Both the position numbers and the translations under genes were made by a program. The notes beneath the pieces were generated by a model, which did not search any database, was not told where the DNA came from, and was given only the letters and a program-made list of their open reading frames with translations. Positions 18,813 to 29,237 of a stretch of 64,000 bases of DNA are shown here, piece after piece. Origin of the DNA: an uncultured delta proteobacterium (GTDB lineage Bacteria > Myxococcota_A > Polyangia > Fen-1088); the NCBI GenBank assembly GCA_963796685.1, contig CAWCMR010000013.1, forward strand, positions 576,001 through 640,000, in the 5' to 3' direction. Numbering within the stretch: the stretch's first letter is position 1; the number at the start of each line of letters is the position of its first letter.

Positions 18813-20282
18813 ATGTCGCTGCTGTTCGAGTGGCTGGAACATACCGTACAAAGCCGAACCGCCGCTGGCGGCTCGGGGCACGCGATCATCTACCATGACA
18901 CCTACCTCTCCTGGCGCGGGCTCCTCCATCGCGTCGAGCGGCGGGCGCGCGAAATCTCGGCGATGGGCATCCAAGCGCGGGATTGGGTGGGCCTCATGCT
19001 CGGCAACGATCCCGAGCTCGTCGTGCTGGCGCTGGCCCTATCCAAGCTTGACGCCGTGGTCGTGCCCATCGACCCGACGACGGGCGGGCGCGACCTGGAC
19101 ATGATCCTCGATGCGACCCCGCTGCGGGCCATCGTCACCCGACCGAACGCCATCGATCCCTTGGCCGCTCCCTCGGGGACCCTGCGCCTGGGCAGCTTGC
19201 CCCATGCGCCTCGCTTGGCCGCGGAGAGCCGCCATCGCATTTCGGGCACCTTGCTGACCTGCGCGTTTTACCCCTGGACCCGGCCTCGGCTCGATGCCGC
19301 CGAAGCGCCGGAGGTGGTGCTCTTCACCCTGGACGCCGGCGGGGATCCCAAAGCCGTCGTGCGGGGCAAAACCCAGCTTCACGGCATCGCCAGCAGCCTC
19401 GGCGCTGCCTTCTCGCTGTCGCCCGAGACCAGAGTCCTCGGGGCGGCGCCGCTCTTCGACTGCCAAGGTTTCGATTTCGGACTGCTGGCCGCGCTTCCTC
19501 ACGGCGCGACCCTGTACCTAGACGACGGAGCCGCCGGACCGCGCTTGGCCAAGACCCTCAGCGACCAGGCCATCAATCTCTACGCGGCCACTCCGCGCGA
19601 CTTCGCCCTGCTCGCCCGGGTGGCCAACGCCAAGCCCCTGCACGAACGCGCCACCCGCCTGGTCTGCTCCGGTGTCCCCCTGCCCCTTTCCGTGGCACGG
19701 GCCTGCCACGAACGCTATGACGTGCCCGTTCTTTCTTGCTACCACGGCTGCGAAACCGGTCCCGCGGCCGTCGATGTGGACGGAAAGGCACCCGAGAGCG
19801 TGGGCACACCCCTACCCGGCGTCGAGATCCGCATCGCGAGCAGCGACGGCGCGGCGCTGGCGGCGGGAACGATTGGCCCCATCTGGGTGCGTGGCGCGGG
19901 CGTGGCCACGATCTTCCTGCCGACCCTGCCAGTGCGTGGCAACAGAATCGCGGTCGGACGCGGCCTGCTGGGGGGGTGGTTGCGCACCGGCGACGTGGGC
20001 CATTTCGACCGAGCGAATCGCCTGTGCCTCAGCCATCGCGAGGACGACATCGTCAAGGTCGACCGCAAGTCGGTGGCGCTGGGTGAGATCGAAAGCTGCC
20101 TGGAAAGCCTGGTACACGTGAAAGCGGCCCAAGCCCACGTCGAATACGACGACACCGGCTCGACGCACATTGTGGTGCGCATCACGCCGGGGGGGCGTTG
20201 CAAGACCGCGGCGATGCTCGACCACTGCGCGAAGCGGCTGGCACCGCACAAGGTTCCGCGACGAATCGTGATCGTCGACTAG
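18813..20282 (+). CDS. Adenylate-forming (ANL/acyl-CoA synthetase) family protein with degenerate motifs
   Basis: AMP-binding fold, SVGTPLPGVEIRI and WLRTGDVG retained; AAGGA RBS before ATG 18813. Confidence 0.75.
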   Translation: MSLLFEWLEHTVQSRTAAGGSGHAIIYHDTYLSWRGLLHRVERRAREISAMGIQARDWVGLMLGNDPELVVLALALSKLDAVVVPIDPTTGGRDLDMILDATPLRAIVTRPNAIDPLAAPSGTLRLGSLPHAPRLAAESRHRISGTLLTCAFYPWTRPRLDAAEAPEVVLFTLDAGGDPKAVVRGKTQLHGIASSLGAAFSLSPETRVLGAAPLFDCQGFDFGLLAALPHGATLYLDDGAAGPRLAKTLSDQAINLYAATPRDFALLARVANAKPLHERATRLVCSGVPLPLSVARACHERYDVPVLSCYHGCETGPAAVDVDGKAPESVGTPLPGVEIRIASSDGAALAAGTIGPIWVRGAGVATIFLPTLPVRGNRIAVGRGLLGGWLRTGDVGHFDRANRLCLSHREDDIVKVDRKSVALGEIESCLESLVHVKAAQAHVEYDDTGSTHIVVRITPGGRCKTAAMLDHCAKRLAPHKVPRRIVIVD

Positions 20283-20331
20283 CACTAGCCCCTGGCGCAA
20301 GCGCCAATTCGGGCTAACGTGCAGGGCGATC

Positions 20332-21129
20332 ATGCCACCCATCGTGGATTCGCACTGCCACCTCGATTTCGAGGATTTTCGCGAGGATCTTCCCTCCGTG
20401 CTCGAGCACGCCCGTGGCGCCGGCATCGTGGCCATGGTGTGCGTGGGCTCGGGCGGCGACCTGGCCACTGCCGAACGCGCCGCCGACCTCGCGACCAAGG
20501 AGCGCGACGTCTTCGCCGCCATCGGCATTCACCCCCACGACGCGGCCAAGATCCTGCACGGATTCTGGCCGGTCCTGGAAGAGCTGGCAAAGGCGGCGCG
20601 CGTGGTGGGGATCGGCGAGACCGGCCTCGACTACTTCTACGACCACTCGCCCAGGCAGGTTCAGCGCGAGGTGTTCACGCGCTTTCTCGTCCTGGCGGCG
20701 TCCGTCGACAAGCCGGTCATCTGTCACGTGCGCGACGCCCACGACGATGCCGCCGAGATTCTGCGCGCGGGTCCCATCCCCGCCGCGGGTGGCGTCCTGC
20801 ACTGTTTCTCGGGCAACGTCGAGCAGGCACGTAACTACCTCGACCTGGGGCTCTACCTCTCGTTTTCGGGCGTGATTACCTTCAAGAAGGCCGAGGACGT
20901 GCGCGCCGCCGCGGCTTTTGCCCCGGCCGACCGAATTCTGGTCGAAACCGACGCCCCGTATCTGGCGCCCGTTCCCCATCGCGGTCGCCGCAACGAACCG
21001 GCCTTCGTGGTGCAGACCCTCGAGGCGCTGGCCCGCATCCGCGGCATCTCGCCATCCCTCGCCGCCGAAGCAACCACCGCCAACGCCTTTCGGCTGTTCA
21101 ATCTGAATCTTGGCCAGCCTGCGGGTTGA
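20332..21129 (+). CDS. tatD: TatD family DNase/hydrolase
   Basis: DSHCH, GIHPH, GETGLDY, ICHVRDA, LHCFSG, ETDAPY, RNEP. Confidence 0.95.
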   Translation: MPPIVDSHCHLDFEDFREDLPSVLEHARGAGIVAMVCVGSGGDLATAERAADLATKERDVFAAIGIHPHDAAKILHGFWPVLEELAKAARVVGIGETGLDYFYDHSPRQVQREVFTRFLVLAASVDKPVICHVRDAHDDAAEILRAGPIPAAGGVLHCFSGNVEQARNYLDLGLYLSFSGVITFKKAEDVRAAAAFAPADRILVETDAPYLAPVPHRGRRNEPAFVVQTLEALARIRGISPSLAAEATTANAFRLFNLNLGQPAG

Positions 21130-21161
21130 CCCTCGCCCCCAGGCATTCGATACTTGCACTC

Positions 21162-21752
21162 GTGTCGACCCAAGAAGTTCCCATCGTTCGTATCCAACTT
21201 CGCTATCCCGACGAGGGCGTCTTCATCCAGAGGTTCGCGCCCAACGTGACCCGAGGAGGAATTTTTCTCGCCAGTCGCGCCCCCCATCCGGTGGGCACGG
21301 TCATCGCATTCGAAGTCGCCCTTACACAAGGGCCAGCGCTGCTGCACGGCACCGGCAGGGTGACGTGGGTTCGCGAGTACGATCCGCAAGAGCCCCAGCG
21401 CGCCCACGGAATGGGCGTGCAGTTCCTGCAAGTGGCCCCCGCGTGCAAGCCCCTGCTCGATCGACTCCTCGACTACAAGGCCCTTCCGCCGCACTTCACG
21501 CCCATCAGCGGCGTCCCCATCACGGCCACGAGCCCCGCGTCTGAACGCCCCACGCAGGCTTTTCCGTCGCTGGAGGGAGATCCGAGCACCTGGATCGACG
21601 ACGAGGGCGTGCGCATGGCCACGGACCGGGCCCGCTTGCTTGCCAGCCGAATCGAAGACGTGGAGGCCCTGCGCACGCGCGAGCGGGATGAATCCGGGAA
21701 CCTCGAAGAGGCCCTGGCCGGCCTGCCTCGCCTGCTCGGTCCCCGGCGTTGA
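21162..21752 (+). CDS. PilZ-like domain protein (TIGR02266 type)
   Basis: FIQRFAPNVTRGGIFLAS...GRVTWVR...GMGVQF. Confidence 0.8.
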   Translation: MSTQEVPIVRIQLRYPDEGVFIQRFAPNVTRGGIFLASRAPHPVGTVIAFEVALTQGPALLHGTGRVTWVREYDPQEPQRAHGMGVQFLQVAPACKPLLDRLLDYKALPPHFTPISGVPITATSPASERPTQAFPSLEGDPSTWIDDEGVRMATDRARLLASRIEDVEALRTRERDESGNLEEALAGLPRLLGPRR

Positions 21753-21808
21753 ACGAGGTGGCCAATCGGCAACGGCAAATCGGTTGTGGACAGATGCGCC
21801 AGCCCATC

Positions 21809-21836
21809 TTGTTAAACCGGAGATTGTCGGTATGAT
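21809..21836 (+). promoter_or_regulatory. Putative sigma70 promoter of rex
   Basis: TTGTTA-N16-TATGAT, 36 bp upstream of the ATG, in a locally AT-rich patch. Confidence 0.4.
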
Positions 21837-21872
21837 TTAGCCGCCGCGCCAAGGCCACCCGCGGACACGACC

Positions 21873-22517
21873 ATGAAGAAGCGAAAGATTTCCACCCGCA
21901 GCGTCGAGCGACTGAGCATCTATCGCCGCGCCCTCTTGCAGGGGCGGCACGAGTTCGGGCCCAGCGTGTACTCGCACCAGCTCGCCCACGCCTGCCAGCT
22001 CACGGCCGCGCAAGTCCGCCGCGACCTCATGGCCATCGGCTACAGCGGCAATCCCAACAGCGGGTACGACGTCAAGCGCTTGCTCACGTCCTTGGCGGCT
22101 TTCCTGGATTCGCAAGAGGTCCGTGCGGTCGCCATCGTGGGCATGGGCTACCTGGGACGGGCCATCGCGGCTTTTCTCACCAACCGGTCGCACAAGATCC
22201 GCCTCGCCGCCGCGTTCGACGTGGATCTGGACAAGATCGGTCTCACTTTCAGCGATGTCCACTGCTACTCGGTCCGCCAAATGGCCGAGGTCCTGGCAGA
22301 GAAGCACATCGACATCGGCATCATCACGGTGCCCGCGGAGCAGGCGCAACACGCGGCCGAACAGCTGGTGGCGGCGGGGGTCACCGGCATCCTGAACTTC
22401 GCTCCCACCGTCCTGCGTTTGCACGAGCGCATCTACGTGGAGAACATCGACATGACGGTTTCCCTCGAGAAGGTCGCCTTCTTCGCCCGCGCCGGCGGTC
22501 GACCGAAGCGCAAGTAA
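21873..22517 (+). CDS. rex: Redox-sensing transcriptional repressor Rex
   Basis: RLSIYRR..AQVRRDL..GY winged-helix motif; NADH-binding GMGYLG; GILNFAP. Confidence 0.93.
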   Translation: MKKRKISTRSVERLSIYRRALLQGRHEFGPSVYSHQLAHACQLTAAQVRRDLMAIGYSGNPNSGYDVKRLLTSLAAFLDSQEVRAVAIVGMGYLGRAIAAFLTNRSHKIRLAAAFDVDLDKIGLTFSDVHCYSVRQMAEVLAEKHIDIGIITVPAEQAQHAAEQLVAAGVTGILNFAPTVLRLHERIYVENIDMTVSLEKVAFFARAGGRPKRK

Positions 22518-22954
22518 GATTTCACCACAGAGAGCACAGAGAGCACAGAGAGCACAGAGAGCACAGAGAGGGAACAGAGGGGAGAAGGGTTCGGATTCTG
22601 AAGAGGTGTCCAGAAATCGAAGCGGACCGAGGCGAGGAGGAGGGGTGCCGTCCATCCGCGAGCTCGCGACAGTCAATGCCACGGAGGAGAAGAATCGCCC
22701 TCTCCCTGTGGTCCCTCTCCCGAAGTGCCCAAAGGGAGAGGGTGGTCTACCAAGGCCGCTACCGCTTAACGCCTATGGGGGCCGGGGTGAGGAACAGTTT
22801 CTCCTCCGTGGCACTGGCCATCGTCTCGCGAGCCGCGGGCCGTCACCCGTTCAATCCTGAGCCATGGATCCAATTCATGGACACGTCTTGGGCTCCGGAA
22901 ACCCTATTCTTCTTCTCCGACTCCGCGCTCTCTGCGTCTCTGTGGTGAAATCTT
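22516..22954. repeat. Nested inverted-repeat (REP/MITE-like) element between convergent rex and murJ
   Basis: Perfect 18-bp IR AAGATTTCACCACAGAGA (22516-22533 / 22937-22954); inner perfect 15-bp IR TGCCACGGAGGAGAA (22677-22691 / 22799-22813); (CACAGAGAG)x5 at 22526-22570; central CCCTCTCCC..GGGAGAGGG..GGGGTGAGG hairpin. Confidence 0.85.
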
Positions 22955-22955
22955 T

Positions 22956-24575
22956 CTATGGCGTCGGACGAGGTCGCAGGCGGCGAAGCACCTTGTGTGG
23001 GAGCTCCCACAGCTCTTCGGCGCCGCGCAAGCGGAACAGTCGAAGAACGCCGACGTAGGTCATGAAGCCGATGGCGATGGTGGCCAGCAGCGAGACGCCG
23101 TGGACAAGGCGAAAGAGCCCCCTCGGCCAGGCGATGGGCACCACATCGAGCGCGCGCGTGATCTCGAACCACAGGCCCAGGACCACGCCGGCCAGCACGG
23201 CGTTGGCCAAGATCAGAAGCAGGATGTCGCGCAACCAGCCGGGCCTGTGCGGCTTGCCCAGAACGAGGCCGAACCACAAGCGTAGGATCCCGAGATTCAC
23301 CAATGCCGCCACGGTCGTGCCCAGGGCCAATCCGGGCGCCCCCAGCCGGCGGTAGGTCAGGCTATTGAAGAGAAGATTCGCGCCCACCGAGACCATCGAG
23401 GCGAACATGGGCACGCGGGGGCGGTCCACCGTGAAGAAGGCAGGCGCGAAGACCTTGACCAGGCTGTAGGGCAAGACGCCGAGCATATAGGCCTGCACGA
23501 TGGGCACCGTCGCTGCCGTGTCGACGGGCAGGAATTTCCCCCCCTGAAAGAGCAGCTGCACCACCGGCTTGGCCAGCACCACCAGCCCGACCGCCGACGG
23601 CAGCGCCAACAACCACACCCCGCGGGCACCGTCGGCCACGCGTTCGATCAAGGCGGCCTTGTCCCCGCGGGCCGCTTCGTGCGAGGCCCGCGCGGTGGTG
23701 ACGGTGGCGAGCGCGACACCGAACAACCCCACCGGCAAGTAGAACAAACGAAAGGCGTTCTGCAGGTAGGTGAGCGGCCCGCTGCCGAGAGTCGCCGCGT
23801 ACTGCGTGTTGACGAAGACGTTGATTTGAATGGCCGCCAAACCGACGGTCGCCGGCCCCATCAGACGCAGGATGCGCCGAACGTCCATATCGCGCAGGAC
23901 CCCGGCCAGGGCCGGACGAACGCGATAGCCGAGCCGATAGAGACTGGGCAGTTGCACCACAGACTGAACCAGGCCCGCCGTGGCGGTTCCGATGCTCCAC
24001 ACCACCATGCCTGTGCGGTCCGAGAAGTGAACCACCATGAGCATCACCCCACACCCGATGCTGGTAACGTTGAACATGGCCGGCGCATAGGCCGGCGCGA
24101 GGTAGCGCTGCTGGGCGTTGAGCATCCCCATCCACACTGCGCTGACACTCACCAAGGTGAGAATCGGCATCATGATGCGGGCGAGCAGACCGCCGGTGGC
24201 GACCTGGGCCGCGTTGCCCCCGAAGCCACGCGTGATGAGGGAAATGAGCTGCTCCGACCACAGCACGCCCGCCAGAGTGAGCGTGCCGGTCACGAGCAGA
24301 AGGCCGCCCAGAACCAGATTTCCCAGGCGGTAGGCGCGCTCTCGGCCGCCCTTGACCATGGCATCGCTGAAGGTCGGGACGAAGGCGCTCGACAGCGCGC
24401 CTTCGGCGAAGAGATCGCGCAAGAGATTCGGAATGCGAAACGCCGCGACATAGGCGTCGGTAAGCGCGCTGACTCCGAAGATGCGCGCGAAGAGCGAATC
24501 GCGCGCTACGCCAAGAATGCGCGAGGTGAGGATCGCCAGGCTCACGTTGGCGGAGGAACGAATGGTGTTGGCCAC
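22956..24575 (-). CDS. murJ: Lipid II flippase MurJ (MviN)
   Basis: SRILGVARD, AFRIPNLLRDLFAEGALSSAFVP, LPVGLFGVALAT; many TM segments. Confidence 0.95.
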   Translation of the reverse strand: MANTIRSSANVSLAILTSRILGVARDSLFARIFGVSALTDAYVAAFRIPNLLRDLFAEGALSSAFVPTFSDAMVKGGRERAYRLGNLVLGGLLLVTGTLTLAGVLWSEQLISLITRGFGGNAAQVATGGLLARIMMPILTLVSVSAVWMGMLNAQQRYLAPAYAPAMFNVTSIGCGVMLMVVHFSDRTGMVVWSIGTATAGLVQSVVQLPSLYRLGYRVRPALAGVLRDMDVRRILRLMGPATVGLAAIQINVFVNTQYAATLGSGPLTYLQNAFRLFYLPVGLFGVALATVTTARASHEAARGDKAALIERVADGARGVWLLALPSAVGLVVLAKPVVQLLFQGGKFLPVDTAATVPIVQAYMLGVLPYSLVKVFAPAFFTVDRPRVPMFASMVSVGANLLFNSLTYRRLGAPGLALGTTVAALVNLGILRLWFGLVLGKPHRPGWLRDILLLILANAVLAGVVLGLWFEITRALDVVPIAWPRGLFRLVHGVSLLATIAIGFMTYVGVLRLFRLRGAEELWELPHKVLRRLRPRPTP

Positions 24576-24828
24576 TTGTCCCCGACGTTAACGGCCGCTC
24601 CCCCCTACGTCTATTTTTATGAAGGCCCCTCCGTGCCCTCGGTGCGTTCTTGCGCCCTCTCCGCCCCTAGGAGACTGGTGTTAAACGGCGGACCGAGTCC
24701 TGGCGGAGCGAGGAGCCCCGGCCGCGAGGCGCGAGGAGGGCGAATACTGGACGTATTCAACCGACGAGCAACGAAGCGGGCGGGGCCCGCAGCCCGCCAA
24801 GAGACGGGAGCCGTTTGACACCAGCCTC

Positions 24829-27816
24829 CTAGGTCGGGCGGTACGGTCGGCGCGGGAAGGGCTCGGGCTTCTTCACGGCGGGCGCCTGGGCGACCTCGGA
24901 CGCCAACCCGAGTTGCTCGCGCAGATCGAGGTAATCGCCGGTCACGCTCCAGCGAATCAGGTTCTTGACCGCGGTTTCCGCGTCTCCGCTTTGGGCATCG
25001 GCCGAGCGCAGGACCTCGCGAACCGCGGACACGGTGTCGCCGCACAAAAGCAAGCCCGCTCGATCCGCGCTCTGGTTGGCCCCGGCGGCCCAGGCGTCCA
25101 GATCGACGCGGCCCGGATCGGCCACGATCTGCTCGATGGCAGCCGTCGCCGAAGCCAGGGTCAAGGGCTGGACGGTTCGCTGCAGGAAGGTGGAGTACTG
25201 GCGCACCGAAGCCGCGTCCGTTCCCGCCAGCTCGAACTCGGGGTGGACCAGCTTCACCGCCGCAGCCACGATCACGCGCAGTTCCCCGAGGGAGGGAACC
25301 GCTTCCGGCGAAAGCAAGAATTGATCGGCGCGCAAGCGGGCAAGCTTGCGTGCGAAGAAGAAAGCCAGCTCCTTCTCCGAGCGGCCTGAAAGCAGGCTCT
25401 TGCCCAGCAGGAAAGACGGCACGACCTGCTGCCCCTCGAGCACGATGCGCAGCTCGAGCTCGCCCTCGCTTTCCGGAGACACGTACACCGGCGGCAACGC
25501 GACACCGAGCACGCGGCAGGCGTAGCCAATCATCTGCCCCACCGAGGAATGGTCGATCGACAAGTCGACCTTTTGCGCGGGATTGAGGCCCAGCGAGGTG
25601 ACGTCCTTCGCGCGCGCCATGGCCACACCGGCGCTGACCACGGCCAGCACGTGGGAAACGCACCATTCCTGGCGTGGGCTGCGCACATAACGCTGCCACA
25701 TGGATTCGGTCAGCGCGCCACGGGCGCGTGGAATCTCGGGCGACATGGTGCGCTCGTAGAAAGCCTGCTCCTGCGGAATGGCTTGCCCCATCGCCACCAG
25801 GGCGGCGCTGGTGCAGTGGAGCCGGTCATACATCTGGTGCTTGCCGAACAGCCGCGCCAGCGCGCGGATGTTCTTCGCCATGTCCTCGAAGTCCTGCGAA
25901 TCCTCGAGAACGGCCTCGCGCGCCTGGACCGCCTGGCCCAGCTTGCCCGCCCCCAGCACCTCGTAGGTTTCGGCCAAAACCTCACGGTGACGCCGATCCT
26001 CCGGTGCCAGTTGCACACACACCTCGTAGGCCGCGATGGCGGCCTCGCGTTCGTGCAGACGGCGACGGCAGACGTCACCCAATTTACGCCAAACCGACAG
26101 CAGCTGGGCACGCTTCTCGGGGGGTGGCGTGCTGCCCATGCGCTTGATCATGCGCCGGTAGTTGCGCGCCAGCTCTCGCCACCCGTTCTGTGCGGTCAAG
26201 ATGCGCTCGATACGGCCGAAGGTGCGTTCGTCGTCGGGGTCCTCGTCGAGCACGAGGTTGTACACCTCGACCGCGCGCTCGGTAATCTTCAACTGGTAGT
26301 TGAGAATGTTGCCCATGGCGACCAGCAGCCGCGCCCGGGTCTTGCCGCTTTCCACCTTCACCAGCCGTTCCAGGATTTCCACCGCCTGCGCCCAGTCATG
26401 GGCCTGGGTGTAGATCTCGAACACCTCGTGCAGGGTCACCGGATCGTCGGGCCGCAGCGCCAGCATCTCGAAGTAGGTCTTGAGCGCGGCGTGCAGATCG
26501 CCCAGTTGCTCGCGCTCGCTCTGGGCGATGCCGGCGAGGGTTTCGAACTTCTCGTCGGGCGAGGCCGAGCCCTGCAAGAGCATGCGCTGCTGCTCGATGA
26601 TGGCGCGCGCGGTCTCCGGGCCCTTGCCCGACAGCCGTCCGTGGGCCTGGGCCAGGGCCTCGCGGCACGCCTGGTTGTCGGGCGCGATCTCCAGGGCCTG
26701 CGTGAAGGCGGCGGCGGCGGCCTCTGCCTCGCCAAGTGCCAGCCTGGCGTGCCCGAGCCCTTCCAGAAGCTCGACCTGTTCATCCCGGGTGAGGCCGGCC
26801 TCGGCGCGGGCCAGGACTGCGGGGACGGCGATGATCACGTCTTGCCACCACTTCTCGGACAAGGCCAGCGATGACCAGCGCAGCAGGGCCGGCAAATACG
26901 TGGGATCGTCTCCGTGGGCGTTGCGGTAGTTGACCCGGGCGCGGTCGTTGTCGCCGAGCATCTGGGCGGCCCAACCCGCCTTCTGGAACAAGCGCGCGGC
27001 CTGCGCCCCGCCCTCTTCCGTCTTGGTTGCCAGCATCTCGAAGAGCGGCAGGACCGTGCCCCAGTCCTTGGCCTCCCAACCCAGATCGGCCAAGGCCTCG
27101 GCGGCCGTCCGGTTGGCCGGCTCCGCCTCGAGAACGCGACGGTAAAGCTCGCTGGCCGCGTCACGATCGCCGAGCCGCGAGCGATAGAGGTCCGCTGCAT
27201 CCAACCCGTATCCGACGCGCAGCTGGACATCGCGCACGGCAGCCGCCGCGCCCGACAGGTAGGCCGCCGCGCGCGTGAAGTCGCCGCGCAGCTTGTGAAT
27301 GTCGACCAGCGCGCGCAGGGCCGTGGGATTGGTGGGATCCGCCGCCAGCGCCGCCTCGAGCGCGTTTTCCGACGAGACCGCGTCCCCCGCCTGCTCCTGG
27401 AACCAGGTCGAGATGGCGACATACATGGCGGCTTGTTTGTCGGGCGGCGCGATCTGTGCGGCCACCGACATGCATTCCTCCAAGAGCTCGGGGAAGCGTC
27501 CCAGCGAGGTGGTCACCCGCGCCAGCTCCGAGACCGCCTCCTCGTTCGCCGGATCGTCCTGAAACGCCGCCAGCAAGGTGATGTACGCCCGATCGGCGTC
27601 GCCGAGGTTCTTCTCGAAGACCTCGGCCGCGTGCACCAAGTGGCGGGCGCGGTTGCTGGCGCTGGTCGCGGTCTCGGCCCGCTCGACGTAGAGCGCGGCC
27701 AAATCCTCCCAACGCCCTTCGCGCGTGAGCACCTTGGCGACTTGCCGATATTCCTCGGCCGTCATCTGCTCGTCGCCCGACTCTGCGGCTTGGTTCTCCG
27801 GATCTTCGCTGGTCAT
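24829..27816 (-). CDS. Large TPR-repeat protein (myxobacterial AgmK-like repeat type)
   Basis: About 995 aa of helical TPR-like repeats; C-terminal SADRAGLLLCGD motif; AGGAGG RBS. Confidence 0.8.
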   Translation of the reverse strand: MTSEDPENQAAESGDEQMTAEEYRQVAKVLTREGRWEDLAALYVERAETATSASNRARHLVHAAEVFEKNLGDADRAYITLLAAFQDDPANEEAVSELARVTTSLGRFPELLEECMSVAAQIAPPDKQAAMYVAISTWFQEQAGDAVSSENALEAALAADPTNPTALRALVDIHKLRGDFTRAAAYLSGAAAAVRDVQLRVGYGLDAADLYRSRLGDRDAASELYRRVLEAEPANRTAAEALADLGWEAKDWGTVLPLFEMLATKTEEGGAQAARLFQKAGWAAQMLGDNDRARVNYRNAHGDDPTYLPALLRWSSLALSEKWWQDVIIAVPAVLARAEAGLTRDEQVELLEGLGHARLALGEAEAAAAAFTQALEIAPDNQACREALAQAHGRLSGKGPETARAIIEQQRMLLQGSASPDEKFETLAGIAQSEREQLGDLHAALKTYFEMLALRPDDPVTLHEVFEIYTQAHDWAQAVEILERLVKVESGKTRARLLVAMGNILNYQLKITERAVEVYNLVLDEDPDDERTFGRIERILTAQNGWRELARNYRRMIKRMGSTPPPEKRAQLLSVWRKLGDVCRRRLHEREAAIAAYEVCVQLAPEDRRHREVLAETYEVLGAGKLGQAVQAREAVLEDSQDFEDMAKNIRALARLFGKHQMYDRLHCTSAALVAMGQAIPQEQAFYERTMSPEIPRARGALTESMWQRYVRSPRQEWCVSHVLAVVSAGVAMARAKDVTSLGLNPAQKVDLSIDHSSVGQMIGYACRVLGVALPPVYVSPESEGELELRIVLEGQQVVPSFLLGKSLLSGRSEKELAFFFARKLARLRADQFLLSPEAVPSLGELRVIVAAAVKLVHPEFELAGTDAASVRQYSTFLQRTVQPLTLASATAAIEQIVADPGRVDLDAWAAGANQSADRAGLLLCGDTVSAVREVLRSADAQSGDAETAVKNLIRWSVTGDYLDLREQLGLASEVAQAPAVKKPEPFPRRPYRPT

Positions 27817-28086
27817 CATCTCCTCCTGAGTAGGAACCCTCGGAGGGTTCTTACCATCTCCCGCGGTGGGCGACCTCGGGCATGGCCCGCAGTTCCTCAC
27901 GCGACTTCGTGCGGGAAGGTGCTAAGCAAACACGAAAGGCCACGGCGCCGCCACGGAATCCACTGTACGCGCCTGACAATAGGTGCGCCGATGACGCCCG
28001 TCAACCGCCACCGAAAGGCAGGCGTGTCGTTCCTCGGTAGTTTCACTTGTGCCCGGCCAAGGTTTTCCGCATGATCGCCTTCGCCC

Positions 28087-29205
28087 ATGGAGCCCCACAG
28101 CCAACCCCGGAAGACCCCCCTCACCGGTGCGCACCAGCGACTCGGTGCGAAGCTCATCGACTTTGGCGGCTGGCTGATGCCGGTCAACTATCCGGAAGGG
28201 ATCATCGAGGAGCACAAGGCCACGCGCGGCGCGGTGGGCGTCTTCGACGTCTGCCACATGGGGGAAATCCACTTCCGCGGGCCGCGGGCCGCCGAAGCGG
28301 TCCAGCGCCTGGTAACCAACAACGTGGGTGCCATGACCGACGGCCGGGCCATGTACGCGGTGGCGTGCCATCCGAACGGCGGCATCGTCGACGACCTCAT
28401 TGTGTACCGCGTCGCGCACGATCACTACCTCATCGTGGTCAACGCCTCGAACATCGACAAGGATCGCCAACACTTCGTCGCGAATGCTGGCGCCCTCTGT
28501 CAGATCGACGACGAATCCGACGCCACCGCGCTGATCGCATTCCAGGGGCCGAAGGCCGAGACCGCTTTGGCCGGGCTTACCGATGCGGATCTCGCCTCGC
28601 TGCGGTCGTTCAACTTTCTCCCGAACCGCCAGGTCGCCGGCCGGCCGGCGTGGATCGCGCGCACCGGCTACACCGGCGAGGATGGTTTCGAGATCTTCTG
28701 CTCGCCGGACCACGCGCCGACCGTGTGGGACGCCTTGATCGAGGCCGCGGCCAAGGTCGGCGGCAAGCCAGTCGGTCTGGGGGCGCGCGACACCTTGCGA
28801 CTGGAGGCGCGTCTCAGTCTCTATGGCAACGATCTCTCCGACACCACCACGCCGCTCGAAGCCGGGCTTGGCTGGGTGGTCAGGTTCGATGCCGGGGACT
28901 TCATCGGCAAGAAGGCGCTCTTGCTCCAGCGCGAGGCGGGCCTGGCGCGCAAGCTGGTGGGGTTCGAAATGCGCGAGCGGGGCATCGCCCGCCATGGCTA
29001 TCTCATCTCCGACGTGGCGAACGGCGCGCACCTCGGAGAAGTCACCTCGGGCACGGTCGGCCCATCGATCGGCAAGAACATCGGCATGGGCTACGTCCCC
29101 GTCAGCCACGCCCGGCCAGGGACTCGCATCGTCATCGACTGCCGGGGCAAGCCCGCGCAGGCAGAAGTCGTCAATGGGCCGTTCTATCGCCGGCAAGGCG
29201 CGTAG
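28087..29205 (+). CDS. gcvT: Glycine cleavage system aminomethyltransferase T
   Basis: FGGWLMPVNY, FDVCHMGE, RTGYTGEDGFE, GLGARDTLRLEA. Confidence 0.97.
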   Translation: MEPHSQPRKTPLTGAHQRLGAKLIDFGGWLMPVNYPEGIIEEHKATRGAVGVFDVCHMGEIHFRGPRAAEAVQRLVTNNVGAMTDGRAMYAVACHPNGGIVDDLIVYRVAHDHYLIVVNASNIDKDRQHFVANAGALCQIDDESDATALIAFQGPKAETALAGLTDADLASLRSFNFLPNRQVAGRPAWIARTGYTGEDGFEIFCSPDHAPTVWDALIEAAAKVGGKPVGLGARDTLRLEARLSLYGNDLSDTTTPLEAGLGWVVRFDAGDFIGKKALLLQREAGLARKLVGFEMRERGIARHGYLISDVANGAHLGEVTSGTVGPSIGKNIGMGYVPVSHARPGTRIVIDCRGKPAQAEVVNGPFYRRQGA

Positions 29206-29237
29206 GATGCCAACCCCTTCAAGGAGCCAGCAGAAAC

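Noticed and set aside
21781-21840. Rex operator upstream of rex
   Set aside because: TTGT half-sites are present, but no convincing TTGTGAA-N4-TTCACAA palindrome.
27900-28086. Glycine riboswitch upstream of gcvT
   Set aside because: Only a CCGAAAGGCA fragment resembles it; the GGAGA and CTCTCAGG elements are absent on the sense strand.
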